Positions 17,927-28,824 of a DNA stretch of 64,000 bases are shown in pieces. Location of the stretch: the NCBI GenBank assembly GCA_965205015.1, contig OZ242029.1, positions 608,001 through 672,000 on the forward strand, written 5' to 3'. Position numbers and translations under genes: made by a program. Position 1 is the first letter of the stretch, and each line of letters opens with the position of its first letter. This DNA comes from Candidatus Poribacteria bacterium (GTDB lineage Bacteria; Poribacteria; WGA-4E; WGA-3G). A model generated the notes under the pieces. The model was not told the DNA's origin. It saw only the letters and a list, made by a program, of their open reading frames with translations, and ran no database searches.

Positions 17927-20900
17927 TTGCACTTAAATAGCATTAAAATTCGTGGATTCAAGAGTTTCGCCGAAGAAATTGAGCTGATACTTGAACCCGG
18001 TATCACGACCATCGTCGGACCCAACGGCTGCGGGAAAAGCAACGTTTCCGACGCAATTCGATGGGTGCTTGGGGAGCAGAGTGCCCGCTCGCTTCGGTGT
18101 ACTTCTATGCGCGACCTATTGTTCAACGGTGGTGCTAACTTCGCACCCGCACAGAAAACAGAAGTCGCACTGCATTTTTCGGCACCGCTTGCAAGCGAAA
18201 AACTTGCTTCACAACAGTCAAATGGAAACGGCTCAGCGTCCCCCAATCCCCCGACACAAGACGCTCTCAAACTTGCCCTCGCATCTCCAGAGGTTCAGGT
18301 GTCTCGGCATCTCACTCGCAATGGTGAAAGCCGCTATCTAATCAACCAGAACCCGTGCCGTCTCCGAGACATCAGCGAACTCTTTATGGACACAGGTATC
18401 GGCGTAGACGCTTACTCCGTTATGGAACAGAGTAAGATTGATCTGATCTTGAACGTCCGTCCCGAAGAGCGTCGCTTCCTTTTCGATGAAGTCGCCGGTA
18501 TCACAAAATATAAACACCGTAAGAAAACAGCACTCCGTAAACTTGAACAGACCGAGCAAAACCTCGCCCGTATCAACGATGTGATTCAGGAGTTACAGCG
18601 GGAAACCGAGTCTCTCAAGGAGCAGGCAGAACAGGCACAGCTCTATAACACACAACAGGCGCAGCTGAAGCAGTTTGAATTGGAACTCGCCCACCGGGAA
18701 TATGATCAACTCCGTACAGATTATAACCAAGCGCAAGCTGACTTAGATGAGGTCTTAACCACCGTTGCGAGCGCTTCTGAAACCCTTAAAGCTGCTGAAG
18801 AACGCATTGAGAACTCCACAAATCGTCGATCCGAGTTGGATGAAGCAATACGTGAAGGACAGACAGCACTTCGCGAAATTGAAGCACAGATTGAGCACAT
18901 CGAACGCCAGATAGTACTTCACAAGGAACGCCAACTCAACATTCAACGGCAACGGGAGCGCGCACTCCAAACGCTTGAATCTTTAAAAGCACAGCAAACA
19001 GGCGTACTCGCACAGCAGCGCGAACGAACCCAAGAATATCAAAAACTTGAGGCATCCTGTAAGATAGAACAGAGCCGTTTGACAGCACGACAGCAGCTTC
19101 TCACAGAACTCGCGGGGCGGATCAGTAGGGCAAAGAACTCTGTCCAGGAAACGCAAGACACCTTGCAAGAGATCATAACGGCGTTGACAGAGCGCGAACG
19201 CGAACGCCTATCGATCGAGCATACGTTGACAAATACCGAAGGGAATCTCAACCGTCTGAAAGAAAATAAGACGGCATTAACCGCTGAACTCAGCACTGCC
19301 ACTGATACTCGTGATGAAGTCCAGTATGCCGAAACACAATTGAAGGCAGCACTCGTTCAAATTGAAACCGAGAAAAACCAGGTGGAGATAGACTTCAACG
19401 AGAATCAAGATGCACTTCGTAAGATTGAAGCCGAAATCCGCGGCTTACAAAATACCTTAGGTGCCAACGTCTCACGGCTCAAATCATTACAGGAATTGCA
19501 ATCGGCTTATGAGGGATACTATACGGGTGTTCGGGCGATCATGCGGGCGAAAACCCACTACCCCGATCAGTTTCAAGGCGTGTGCGGGGTCGTTGCTGAA
19601 CTTCTCACAACGGATACCGAGTACGAAGTCGCAATAGAGGTGGCTCTCGGGAGTGCCATCCAGAATGTTATCACTGAAACCGCTGAGGATGCACAAAAGG
19701 GTATCGCTTTCCTTAAACAGCACCGCGCAGGTAGAGTAACATTCCTCCCGCTGGATATCCTACGTGGACGTCGGTTTAATGATGATGCGTTGCTGGACGC
19801 GCCCGGCGTGATTGGCATCGCTGAGGAACTGATCGATGTCGACCCCAAATACGAGATTGCAATGCGACACCTGTTGGGCAACACGCTCGTTATTGAAGAT
19901 TTGGACTCGGCAATCGCACTGACCCGTCAGTTCCGTCCAAGTGCGCGTCTCGTCACGTTAGACGGCGAAGTCATCAACACATCTGGTGCCATCACTGGTG
20001 GTCAAACAGACCAGAGAAAAAGCGGGCTCCTGAGCCGTTCACGTGATCTGGAGACGCTTGAGGACGAAATCGGGAAGCTGACACAACGCTCGAACCAGAA
20101 GGATCAGAAGCGCAAGGCGTACGCTGCAGCAATAGCAAACCTACAAAAAACGCGACAGACACTCACCGCACAATGGCAGGATAAACGGGTCGAAAAAGCA
20201 TCATTGACGAAAGACTTAGAGCAGGCAAACCTCCAAGTTAACCGGCTCAAACAACAACTCGCTGCACTTGAGGTGGAAAACCGCGACCTGGACAGTGCGG
20301 TCGCGGCATCGCGCGAAGAACAACAGGCACTTGAAACTAAAATCGCGACGTTGACGCAAAAGAGTACCCGTACCAAGCGATGGATCGAACGAATGTCCGA
20401 GCAGATTGAAAGCGAAAATCGGAAACATACTGAGGTGGCGAGTACTTGTCAGGAGATGGAAGTCTTCTTGGCAGGACAGCGTCAGAAACTTGAGAGTTTA
20501 GCGTCCGAAGTCCAAACATTCAAGGAAACACAAGCGCGAATAGAAAAGGATATCGCTGAACAACAGGCAATTATTGACACAGATGAACAGAAAAAAAGTG
20601 ACCTCGTGGAGCAGGTAGCCGCAGCGCAACGTAAGTTCCTCCGTTTAGAAGGCGACCGCGCCGAATCCGAATCACGCCTCGATGAACTGACCGAAGAACG
20701 TGAGACGCTCCTTCAGGAGGTAGAAGTCCTCCAAAAGGAGATGCGTGCAACCCGTAGAAACTTTGAGAAACAGAACCGTGCGCGTCATAAACTCGAAGTC
20801 GCCACAACGCAACTTGAAATGCGCATAAAATCCGTCTCAACCCGCATCCACGATAAATACCAAGTCTCGATCGATGCCCTGCCGCCGATAGCGGATAAGG

Positions 20901-21586
20901 AAGTCGGGGTTACAAACCCCTCCCACCCAGCGATGGACGAGATCGATCTGTTGGATAGCATTGAAAAGCTGAAAGCAGAGATTTCTGGAATGGGCGCAGT
21001 GAATCTCAAAGCGATTGAGGCTTACGAGGAATATAAGAAACGCCACGATTTTCTTATTTCGCAGCGCGCGGATCTTCAACAATCGGTTCAAGACACGTAT
21101 CAAGTGATACAGAAAATTAATCAGACATCGAGAGAGGTATTTCTTGAGACGTTTGAAGCCGTGCAGACGAACTTCCAAGAGGTCTTTACACAACTCTTTG
21201 GCGGCGGCGAAACCGAATTGCTATTGACGGATCCGTCCGACGTGCTCGATTCAGGCATTGATATTATCGCCCGTCCACCGGGCAAACGTCCACAGAGTAT
21301 CACGCAGCTTTCGGGTGGAGAACGTTCATTGGTGGCGATTGGACTCCTGTTCGCCGTTTTCAAAATCAAGCCGAGTCCTTTCTGTGTCCTCGATGAAGTT
21401 GACGCCGCACTCGACGAAGCGAACGTCCTCCGTTTCACCAATCTTATCCGTGCCTACGCTGAGAACACGCAGTTCGTCATTATTACACACAACCGGCGGA
21501 CGATGGAAATCGCTGATGCCATGTATGGCGTGACGATGGAACAGGCGGGTATCTCGAAAATTGTCTCCGCTAAGTTCGCTGCGTAG
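17927..21586 (+). CDS. smc: Chromosome segregation protein SMC
   Basis: GFKSF, GPNGCGKSN, hinge GRVTFLPLD, LSGGE, LDEVDAALD, ITH. Confidence 0.97.
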   Translation: MHLNSIKIRGFKSFAEEIELILEPGITTIVGPNGCGKSNVSDAIRWVLGEQSARSLRCTSMRDLLFNGGANFAPAQKTEVALHFSAPLASEKLASQQSNGNGSASPNPPTQDALKLALASPEVQVSRHLTRNGESRYLINQNPCRLRDISELFMDTGIGVDAYSVMEQSKIDLILNVRPEERRFLFDEVAGITKYKHRKKTALRKLEQTEQNLARINDVIQELQRETESLKEQAEQAQLYNTQQAQLKQFELELAHREYDQLRTDYNQAQADLDEVLTTVASASETLKAAEERIENSTNRRSELDEAIREGQTALREIEAQIEHIERQIVLHKERQLNIQRQRERALQTLESLKAQQTGVLAQQRERTQEYQKLEASCKIEQSRLTARQQLLTELAGRISRAKNSVQETQDTLQEIITALTERERERLSIEHTLTNTEGNLNRLKENKTALTAELSTATDTRDEVQYAETQLKAALVQIETEKNQVEIDFNENQDALRKIEAEIRGLQNTLGANVSRLKSLQELQSAYEGYYTGVRAIMRAKTHYPDQFQGVCGVVAELLTTDTEYEVAIEVALGSAIQNVITETAEDAQKGIAFLKQHRAGRVTFLPLDILRGRRFNDDALLDAPGVIGIAEELIDVDPKYEIAMRHLLGNTLVIEDLDSAIALTRQFRPSARLVTLDGEVINTSGAITGGQTDQRKSGLLSRSRDLETLEDEIGKLTQRSNQKDQKRKAYAAAIANLQKTRQTLTAQWQDKRVEKASLTKDLEQANLQVNRLKQQLAALEVENRDLDSAVAASREEQQALETKIATLTQKSTRTKRWIERMSEQIESENRKHTEVASTCQEMEVFLAGQRQKLESLASEVQTFKETQARIEKDIAEQQAIIDTDEQKKSDLVEQVAAAQRKFLRLEGDRAESESRLDELTEERETLLQEVEVLQKEMRATRRNFEKQNRARHKLEVATTQLEMRIKSVSTRIHDKYQVSIDALPPIADKEVGVTNPSHPAMDEIDLLDSIEKLKAEISGMGAVNLKAIEAYEEYKKRHDFLISQRADLQQSVQDTYQVIQKINQTSREVFLETFEAVQTNFQEVFTQLFGGGETELLLTDPSDVLDSGIDIIARPPGKRPQSITQLSGGERSLVAIGLLFAVFKIKPSPFCVLDEVDAALDEANVLRFTNLIRAYAENTQFVIITHNRRTMEIADAMYGVTMEQAGISKIVSAKFAA

Positions 21587-21594
21587 GGGACGGG

Positions 21595-22581
21595 TTGTCA
21601 GAGAAGGGATTAATGGATAAATTGAACCGGGATCTCCTTACAGTTCTCCCGCTCCGTGAACGTCAGCACAAGATGACGGTCGCAGATGTCTACCCGTTAG
21701 ACGTGGAGACACCGCGCTACGAAAACCCGCACCTCTCTGCCGTTGCAGATCGCATTGTCGAGGCACATCACGGTGGGAAACAGGTGATCTGGATGATGGG
21801 TGCGCACGTCATGCGACGCGGCAATTCCGGTTTCATCATTGATTTGATGGAACGCGGCATCCTCACGCATGTCGCTACGAATGGGGCGTGTGCTATCCAC
21901 GATTTTGAACTCGCACACATCGGCGCAACACTCGAAGACGTAGAAGACTACATTTGGGATGGGAAGTTCGGCAATTGGGAGGAAACCGGACGCTACCTGA
22001 ACGCAGCGATTGTTCGGGGTTACCGAGACAAGATCGGTTTTGGAGAAGCCGTCGGGAGATTAATTCAAGAAGGCGAAATGGGGATTTCGTTTCCGCACCG
22101 CGATGTGAGCATGTTTGCAGCGGCGTATCGATTAGGTGCGTCTTTCACTGTTCACAAAGGTATCGGATACGACATCATCGACCAACACCCTTCTGCTGAT
22201 TACGCGGCGATGGGATGGACAACGGGTGAGGATTTTCTCCGTTTTGCGCACAGTGTTTCTCAGTTAGAAGATGGTGTCTTTCTGAACTTAGGTTCGGCTG
22301 TTATGGGACCCGAAGTCTACCTCAAAAGCCTTTCCATGGCTCGCAATATTGCCTCCCAGCGCGGCGAGGAGATCCGACACTTCACGACTGCGAACTTCGA
22401 CTTAATCGACTTTCCCGATTTCCAAGACGAAGGGAAACCGACCGATGCCCACTACTACCATCGTCCTAAGAAAACAATCCTCATCCGGACAGTGAAAGAC
22501 GGAGGCGAAGGCTATCACATCTCTGGCGATTTCTCGGTCACTGTCCCACAACTATACCGTTTGATAATCGCATCCGTGTAA
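21595..22581 (+). CDS. Hypothetical protein, deoxyhypusine-synthase-like fold
   Basis: MMGAHV, HVATNGACAIHDFE, TVHKGIGYDII, NLGSAVMGPEVYLKSLSMARN. Confidence 0.65.
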   Translation: MSEKGLMDKLNRDLLTVLPLRERQHKMTVADVYPLDVETPRYENPHLSAVADRIVEAHHGGKQVIWMMGAHVMRRGNSGFIIDLMERGILTHVATNGACAIHDFELAHIGATLEDVEDYIWDGKFGNWEETGRYLNAAIVRGYRDKIGFGEAVGRLIQEGEMGISFPHRDVSMFAAAYRLGASFTVHKGIGYDIIDQHPSADYAAMGWTTGEDFLRFAHSVSQLEDGVFLNLGSAVMGPEVYLKSLSMARNIASQRGEEIRHFTTANFDLIDFPDFQDEGKPTDAHYYHRPKKTILIRTVKDGGEGYHISGDFSVTVPQLYRLIIASV

Positions 22582-22625
22582 GATGGCTGGATCTGCCCAG
22601 TTTCCGTTTCGGTATCACACTTTTG

Positions 22626-22883
22626 CTAATAAACACTGCTTCGATGCCCGACTTCATGGACAACAATCACTCGTGTTTGCCGATTGAAGGTATAGATAAC
22701 TCGGTAAGCACCAGCAGCGCGTAAACGGAACTTTCCTCTGTATGGGCCCCGGAGAGCCTCGTGGCGATGTGTGTCGCAATTTTCGCAGAGTGATCTCAGC
22801 TTATCAAGAATTCGCTGCTCAACCGTGGCATCTAAACGCGCAAGGCCTGCTTCCGCTTTTGGCATAATTTCCAAACGGTACAT
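22626..22883 (-). CDS. RelE/ParE family toxin
   Basis: YRLEIMPKA...L.G...GKFRLRAAGAYRVIY...IVVHEVGHRSSVY; ATG coupled to the upstream stop (TAATG). Confidence 0.9.
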   Translation of the reverse strand: MYRLEIMPKAEAGLARLDATVEQRILDKLRSLCENCDTHRHEALRGPYRGKFRLRAAGAYRVIYTFNRQTRVIVVHEVGHRSSVY

Positions 22884-23578
22884 TACCACTTCAGCCCCAG
22901 TTTTTTCGCCACTTCCTCTATCGGAATCGATTTGACTTTACCGGACTCATGTTCGGCTACACTACGCTCCAATCTTTCAGCAACCTCCGGGCGTAATTCT
23001 AATCCCTCATCTGGGTCATAGTGGTAATCCTCAAGAAACTGCTCTAACTCCAAGTAGCACACAAAAAATTCAAAGAATGCTGATTTCAGTTGTTCTGTTC
23101 CGTGAACCGATGGTAACGCCTTCTGTAGTTTCACAATTCGTTCACGCGCTGCAAAAAGTTCCCAATTCGCGAGCGTCCCCATCAATCTACGGAACGCCTC
23201 ATCCGGTAATTCCCTCACCTCAATCTCGGGGTCGGGATCAGTGATTAAGGGGAGATCACTGATCCGTTTTGCTATACGCCCTGCCGGCGAAGTTTTTCGC
23301 ACAGCTTCAACGGTCCCGATGCGCGCCTGCAGAGGTCCGAATGTATCGGATGCCTGCAGTATCGCAAGCAGCTCCTTCTCGGGTTCCTCTAACTCAAACG
23401 CCAAACCACAGTAGCCTTCATAAAACTCACAGAACTCGGCTTCCAATGCGTCTCTGTCGGCGTTCTCGGCAAGCAAGGCGACGAGCCGTTCACGAGATTC
23501 AAAGAGTGGACGGTCGATAATCGGCGTAAGCCAAGTACTGAATGCTGCGTGAGTCATGCTTGTTATGTCGTGTGGCAT
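22883..23578 (-). CDS. Putative antitoxin with a long, internally duplicated N-terminal region
   Basis: C-terminus DPDEGLELRPEVAERLERS...IPIEEVAKKLGLKW is antitoxin-like; directly upstream of and coupled to RelE. Confidence 0.7.
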   Translation of the reverse strand: MPHDITSMTHAAFSTWLTPIIDRPLFESRERLVALLAENADRDALEAEFCEFYEGYCGLAFELEEPEKELLAILQASDTFGPLQARIGTVEAVRKTSPAGRIAKRISDLPLITDPDPEIEVRELPDEAFRRLMGTLANWELFAARERIVKLQKALPSVHGTEQLKSAFFEFFVCYLELEQFLEDYHYDPDEGLELRPEVAERLERSVAEHESGKVKSIPIEEVAKKLGLKW

Positions 23579-23593
23579 TGGTTCCTCCTTTAA

Positions 23594-26425
23594 CTAACCT
23601 ACAGATGCAATCTCTAAATTACCGCGCCAGTGTTTCTGTAACATCCGCTTCAACAACTGATGTTCAGACGCGTTCAGTGCTGGATCGGCTTTGATGAGCA
23701 CCTCCGCCTCTTTTTTCGCCGCTTCCAAAAGTGTAGCATCTTCAATGATGTTCGCAATCCTGAAATTTGGGATACCCGATTGACGTGTGCCGAAGAATTC
23801 GCCAGGACCCCGGATGTTCAAGTCTGCCTCTGCAATCCGAAAACCGTTGTTCGTCCGAATCATCGCTTGAATGCGTTGAAAAGAGTCGTCCCCCCGAGGC
23901 GAAGCAACAAGGTAACACGCCGACCGATGCTCGCCACGTCCGACACGTCCACGCAATTGATGCAATTGGGACAACCCAAACCGTTCTGCATTCTCAATAA
24001 CCATCAACGTCGCGTTTGGCACATCAATGCCCACCTCAATCACCGTTGTTGAGACCAGAACATCGATGTGTCGATCCTTGAAGTTCGTCATCACTTCCTG
24101 CTTCTCAACAGATTTCATTTGTCCATGCAGAAGCCCGAGACGCAGATCGGGGAATACCTCACTTTGAAGGTGTGATGCCATCTCTGTGGCGGCTTTGAGT
24201 TCCTCCAGCTTTTCGGACTCCTCAACGAGCGGATAGACGATGTACGCCTGCCTGCCGCGTTGGATCTCCTTCCGAACGGTGCTATATAATTTCTCCCGCT
24301 CCTTCTCCTTTATCCAATAGGTCTTAATTGTCTGTCTACCGGGCGGCATCTCGTCAATAACAGAAACGTTCAGATCCCCATAGAGCGTCAATGCCAACGT
24401 TCTTGGAATCGGTGTTGCAGTCATGACGAGTACGTCCGGTGCTGGCGGGACAATGGTGCCTTGCTTTTGCGTTCCATTTGCTGCCTGTGCTTTGTTACGG
24501 AGCGTTGCGCGTTGCATCACACCGAACCGATGCTGCTCGTCAATGATAACGAGTCCAAGTTTTTGAAAATCGACCCCTTCCTGTATCAACGCCTGTGTCC
24601 CAACGATGAGGTCTGCGGTGCCATCAGCGATTGCCGCCAGCGCTTCCTCGCGTTCCGGTTTTGGCAGATCACTTTTGAGAAGCACAACGTTTATATTCTC
24701 GTCTCCCGTTTGCCCAGTATTCTTGCGCAAATTCTTGAGCATCTCTGAGAGATTATAATAGTGTTGCTCGGCGAGGATTTCAGTCGGAACCATCAGCGTG
24801 CCCTGATACCCGTTTTCGATAGCACAGAGCAACGCCATCGCTGCGACAACCGTCTTTCCCGAACCGACATCCCCTTGAATGAGTCGATTCATGACGGTTT
24901 TCTGCCGCATATCGTTTTGGATCTCAGTGAAAACCCGTTTTTGTGCGCCTGTGAGTTGGTATGGCAACGAAGCGAGAAAATCCCGTAACAGGGAAGGAGA
25001 CGTTCCAGACCTTTCCATTCCCACCTGAAACGCGATACCGTCCTCCGAGATACGCCGTTCCTTTTTCATCTCCATCCCGACACTGAGCAGAAAAAACTCC
25101 TCAAACGCGAGCCGTTTTTGCGCCGCTTCCCGATGTGTCTCCGATGTCGGAAAATGTATCTCGTTAATAGCGGATTGTCTGTCAATCAAGCGTTGGCGTT
25201 GACGAAGTGCGAGTGGCAGGATTTCAGGTATCTGTTGCCCATGCGCATCCAACGCCATCCGCATCCATGCGCGTAGCATCTTCGCCGTGAGTTTCGCCGT
25301 GAGCGGGTATTTCGGAACGATCCGATTTGTATGGATTAAGTTTTCTTCTTCAAAGAGTTCAAATTCATAGTCGGTGGCTTGGATCTCATTGTAACGGCGA
25401 GCGAATTTGCCACTGACGACGACCTCGGTATCAACGGGAAGCAGTGCCTTCATAATACCGATACGCCTGCCGAAGTTAACGAGGAGTGCGACTCCCGTGC
25501 CGTCGTAAATTGAAATCTTACCGATACGTTTCCCTTTTGCTGTCGGAGACGAAGTGTGATTGACGACTTTGCCCTGTATTGTCTCCGGCTCGTCATCTTC
25601 CCTTCTCCCAACTCTGTAAATCTCTACCATCTTGGAGCGGTCGATGTAATCGCGCGGATAATATGCCAACAATTCACCAACCGTTTGGAGACTGAGCTGT
25701 TCTTGAAGCATTTCGGCGCGACGCGGACCAATCCCTTTGAGATACTGAAGCGGTTGGGATAGAAAATCAAGCGAATCAATGTCCATTGAAACAGGGGTGT
25801 CCGAGATCAGAACAGATTCTGATTGACTGTCAGGCGTCGGCAGTCGGTGGTCAGCGCGGTCCCTGCCAGCTATTTCTTGCTGATGGTTTCCGATGGCTGA
25901 TGGCTGATGGCGCTTTCGTTGTGACGGAGGGTCTGTATCCTGGAAAAGGGGTAAATCTTCTGTTGGCACCGTAGCGGCTGGACGTTCCTGTTTCGGAGAC
26001 TCGCTTTCCGGATTACTTTCTACTTCCGCAAAGAGAGACAGCATATCTGTTTGGGCACTTTTTTTCGAACGTGTATGTTGCGGCTTCGACTGCTGGCGTG
26101 TTTGTGAGGGTTCGGCATTTGTCCCGATTCTATCCGAGACGTTTCGTTGTCCGTGCCCAAGTGCAGCGTCAATTCGTTTTGTTGCTTCCTCAAGTATACG
26201 TTGCCGTTCAGTGGACGACGCGTCAGCGTAATTTTCAAAGAGGGCTGCTATACCCCTCAGGACATCTTTTTCGGCTGCCGCCAGTGTGAAGGCCTCGCCA
26301 TTCTTTACCCACAACTGGACATAACCTCCCAATCCGTTAACGACAACATCGTCGCGACACCCCTTTCGGAGTTCTTGTTGAAAGGGACGACGGATGGTGG
26401 TAAGGATTTTCGCGAAATTGTTCAT
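23594..26425 (-). CDS. recG: ATP-dependent DNA helicase RecG with N-terminal extension
   Basis: QGDVGSGKT, DEQHRFG, MTATPIPRTL, QLRGRVGRG, RGPGEFFGTRQSG. Confidence 0.97.
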   Translation of the reverse strand: MNNFAKILTTIRRPFQQELRKGCRDDVVVNGLGGYVQLWVKNGEAFTLAAAEKDVLRGIAALFENYADASSTERQRILEEATKRIDAALGHGQRNVSDRIGTNAEPSQTRQQSKPQHTRSKKSAQTDMLSLFAEVESNPESESPKQERPAATVPTEDLPLFQDTDPPSQRKRHQPSAIGNHQQEIAGRDRADHRLPTPDSQSESVLISDTPVSMDIDSLDFLSQPLQYLKGIGPRRAEMLQEQLSLQTVGELLAYYPRDYIDRSKMVEIYRVGRREDDEPETIQGKVVNHTSSPTAKGKRIGKISIYDGTGVALLVNFGRRIGIMKALLPVDTEVVVSGKFARRYNEIQATDYEFELFEEENLIHTNRIVPKYPLTAKLTAKMLRAWMRMALDAHGQQIPEILPLALRQRQRLIDRQSAINEIHFPTSETHREAAQKRLAFEEFFLLSVGMEMKKERRISEDGIAFQVGMERSGTSPSLLRDFLASLPYQLTGAQKRVFTEIQNDMRQKTVMNRLIQGDVGSGKTVVAAMALLCAIENGYQGTLMVPTEILAEQHYYNLSEMLKNLRKNTGQTGDENINVVLLKSDLPKPEREEALAAIADGTADLIVGTQALIQEGVDFQKLGLVIIDEQHRFGVMQRATLRNKAQAANGTQKQGTIVPPAPDVLVMTATPIPRTLALTLYGDLNVSVIDEMPPGRQTIKTYWIKEKEREKLYSTVRKEIQRGRQAYIVYPLVEESEKLEELKAATEMASHLQSEVFPDLRLGLLHGQMKSVEKQEVMTNFKDRHIDVLVSTTVIEVGIDVPNATLMVIENAERFGLSQLHQLRGRVGRGEHRSACYLVASPRGDDSFQRIQAMIRTNNGFRIAEADLNIRGPGEFFGTRQSGIPNFRIANIIEDATLLEAAKKEAEVLIKADPALNASEHQLLKRMLQKHWRGNLEIASVG

Positions 26426-26639
26426 TTTTTACTTATCGGCTCCTGGACTGCCTTCTTGGCATAGGTTTCCTATAGAGGCTCGCGGGACAACGTTTCAGGC
26501 AGGTTTCGAGTGAATCGCAACACCTATAGAATTAACAAACGAAAAAAGGTGCTTAATCGGAACGGATTTTCAAGGATTGATCTTTTCTAAATTAGACGCA
26601 AATTCAGTGAGAACGTTGAGTTTTCTTGGCAAAACGGGG

Positions 26640-26668
26640 TTGACACCGCAGCACAAATTGGCTATAAT
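26640..26668 (+). promoter_or_regulatory. Sigma70 consensus promoter
   Basis: TTGACA-17 nt-TATAAT upstream of 26720. Confidence 0.8.
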
Positions 26669-26719
26669 CTTTTTAAATCCAACCGACTCGTAACGCACGC
26701 CATTAAAAGGAGCAACACT

Positions 26720-27556
26720 ATGGTATCTCCCTATTTAACAGAGGTCCAACAAAAAGAGTGGCAAACAGAGGGGTTCCTGCTCATCAAGAATGTCCTTTCC
26801 CCTACCGAGATTGATACACTTTTGACATCTGTGGATTCAGCGATTGAAACGTACGTCCAAGAGACACCGAGTCTACAAGGCAATCATCGGTTCGGGAAAG
26901 GTGCCTATACGATTATCCGCGCCATTGAACGGACAGATGCCCTCGATCCGCTCACCGATCACCCGCGCCTTTTCGGGACTATCCTTTCATTGATGGGTCC
27001 GTATCTCCAAATCATGGGGACGCAAATCTACGTTCGACACCCGGATGTGGAGGCTCTGATGGCGTTTCATACGGATGCCGGTCCTTCGCTGCAACGGATT
27101 CATCCGCATCCGGATAGTTTGCCGCTACAGTTCAAAATCCAATTTTTCTTAACGGATCTGACGGAACCGAATCAGGGAAACTTTATGTGTGTGCCGGGAA
27201 GCCACAAGGTCTCTTTCCCTGAGAACGGATTTAAAAAAGGCAAATACCCTGAAGGCGCGATTCAGGTCATTGCAGAAGCTGGAGACGCGGTCATCTTTCC
27301 ATGGGCATTGTGGCACGGTGTCGGTCCGAATCAGACGGAACGCATCCGCAAAAGCGTGACCTTCCGTTATGGACAGATGTGGTCCCGACCTTACGACTAT
27401 GACAGGCTTCCCGCGGACGTTCTCGCACGGATGACCCCTCGCCGCCGGAGATTGTTCGGCGATATGGGTGAAGATCATCATCCAACCGATTACTTCAAAC
27501 CCCACGACCAACTCGAAGTTATTGGTGCGGACGAATGGAACGTTCCACTCCCGTAA
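26720..27556 (+). CDS. PhyH family dioxygenase
   Basis: EGFLLIKNVLS, FHTD, VPGSH, AGDAVIF..LWHGV..N...R. Confidence 0.9.
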   Translation: MVSPYLTEVQQKEWQTEGFLLIKNVLSPTEIDTLLTSVDSAIETYVQETPSLQGNHRFGKGAYTIIRAIERTDALDPLTDHPRLFGTILSLMGPYLQIMGTQIYVRHPDVEALMAFHTDAGPSLQRIHPHPDSLPLQFKIQFFLTDLTEPNQGNFMCVPGSHKVSFPENGFKKGKYPEGAIQVIAEAGDAVIFPWALWHGVGPNQTERIRKSVTFRYGQMWSRPYDYDRLPADVLARMTPRRRRLFGDMGEDHHPTDYFKPHDQLEVIGADEWNVPLP

Positions 27557-27565
27557 GACTTCGTA

Positions 27566-27688
27566 TTCTCGTTGGCGAGGTTTGTAACCTCAAATGTTCT
27601 CGCTGGCGAGGTTTGTAACCTCGAATGTTCTCGCTGGCGAGGTTTGCAACCTCGAATGTTCTCGCTGGCGAGGTTTGTAACCTCGCCG
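27566..27688. repeat. 4 x 31-bp tandem repeat of a REP-like hairpin
   Basis: Unit TGTTCTCGCTGGCGAGGTTTGTAACCTCGAA, with GGCGAGG at 27574, 27605, 27636 and 27667; lies between convergent genes. Confidence 0.9.
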
Positions 27689-27720
27689 CTCTTTATGTAG
27701 ACCCGTGTTCCAACAACCAA

Positions 27721-28644
27721 CTAATCCGTGTGTGCCTGTAATTTTTCAAAAAGGTCCCGGAAAATCGCATCCCGATCAACGCTCGAGGCGACACGCATGA
27801 GGTGACGACTGTTATCAAAACTCCACGTCGCCGTTTCCGTCAAGATAGGACTGTGGACAATCTCTGTCGGTACCCATGCCGGGTTAACAAGGTATGCCGT
27901 CGCGGATATATCCCAAATCACCTTTGACCAAGCGAAATGGTCGCTGGAATAATCTTTAAAGATCTCGACGAGGTAATCCCCGACCCTGCCCTTACCCTGT
28001 ACATAGCGTTCCATCTCCGCAACCGTCGTGTGTAGGTGTGAGACGACGCCACGCGCGGGGAGCCAAACGAATGGCACGCCGCAATCCAAAACCACTTGTG
28101 CACTCCGAAGGTCTTGCATAAGATTGAACTCTCGGGTGTGTGGCCAGTACAACGGATTCCCGCCAAGCCAGATGACGACGATACGTCTGATAATTTCAGG
28201 CTCCATGAGGATAGCAGAAGCGACGTTGGTTATCGCACCGACAGCAACGACATAAAGCGGATCTTCGGGAGTTGCTGCCATCGCACGCCCAATCATATCG
28301 GTCGCGGCATCGCTCGGCACGGGTGTCTCCGTATCGGGGAGAAACGCTTGGGAACCGCGATAGGCGAAACCGTCAGCAGGGACATTGAGGAAGTCCAAGA
28401 GTCTCAGGATTTCAGCGTAGCTTTTTTCCATGCCGTCTTCGGGGCTGCTGGAGCGGTTGTTGTGGAAAGGCACGGCGTAGAGTGCTTCAACGTTGAGGTG
28501 TTCGGGTGAAAGGAGTGCGTGGACGACTGCGAACTGGTCGTCAATTTCGTTATAGGTGTCAGTGTCAAGGACCATGCGCACCTTACCCGTCGGCGGTTGG
28601 AGCATGTCAAGGCGTTTCGACTCTGACAGTGTTGGAAAGTTCAT
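27721..28644 (-). CDS. Inosine/uridine-preferring nucleoside hydrolase family
   Basis: LDTDTYNEIDDQFA, VGAITNVASA, EFNL, IWD. Confidence 0.88.
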   Translation of the reverse strand: MNFPTLSESKRLDMLQPPTGKVRMVLDTDTYNEIDDQFAVVHALLSPEHLNVEALYAVPFHNNRSSSPEDGMEKSYAEILRLLDFLNVPADGFAYRGSQAFLPDTETPVPSDAATDMIGRAMAATPEDPLYVVAVGAITNVASAILMEPEIIRRIVVIWLGGNPLYWPHTREFNLMQDLRSAQVVLDCGVPFVWLPARGVVSHLHTTVAEMERYVQGKGRVGDYLVEIFKDYSSDHFAWSKVIWDISATAYLVNPAWVPTEIVHSPILTETATWSFDNSRHLMRVASSVDRDAIFRDLFEKLQAHTD

Positions 28645-28824
28645 AAGCGGTTTTTTTACCTTGTGTCATGAGGAATTTTCTTTAGTATATCACGTTTGGG
28701 AAAAGATAAGGTTGATTTTTCCGCTATTTCATTTAATGCTTCTTCATTCTCATTATCCCCATAAATCGGCAGATGAAAAATAAATTTTCATTTTTTTCAA
28801 ATGAGGAGAATTTACCGGAAACTC

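Noticed and set aside
27566-27688. CRISPR array
   Set aside because: The units are contiguous with no unique spacers, and there are no cas genes.
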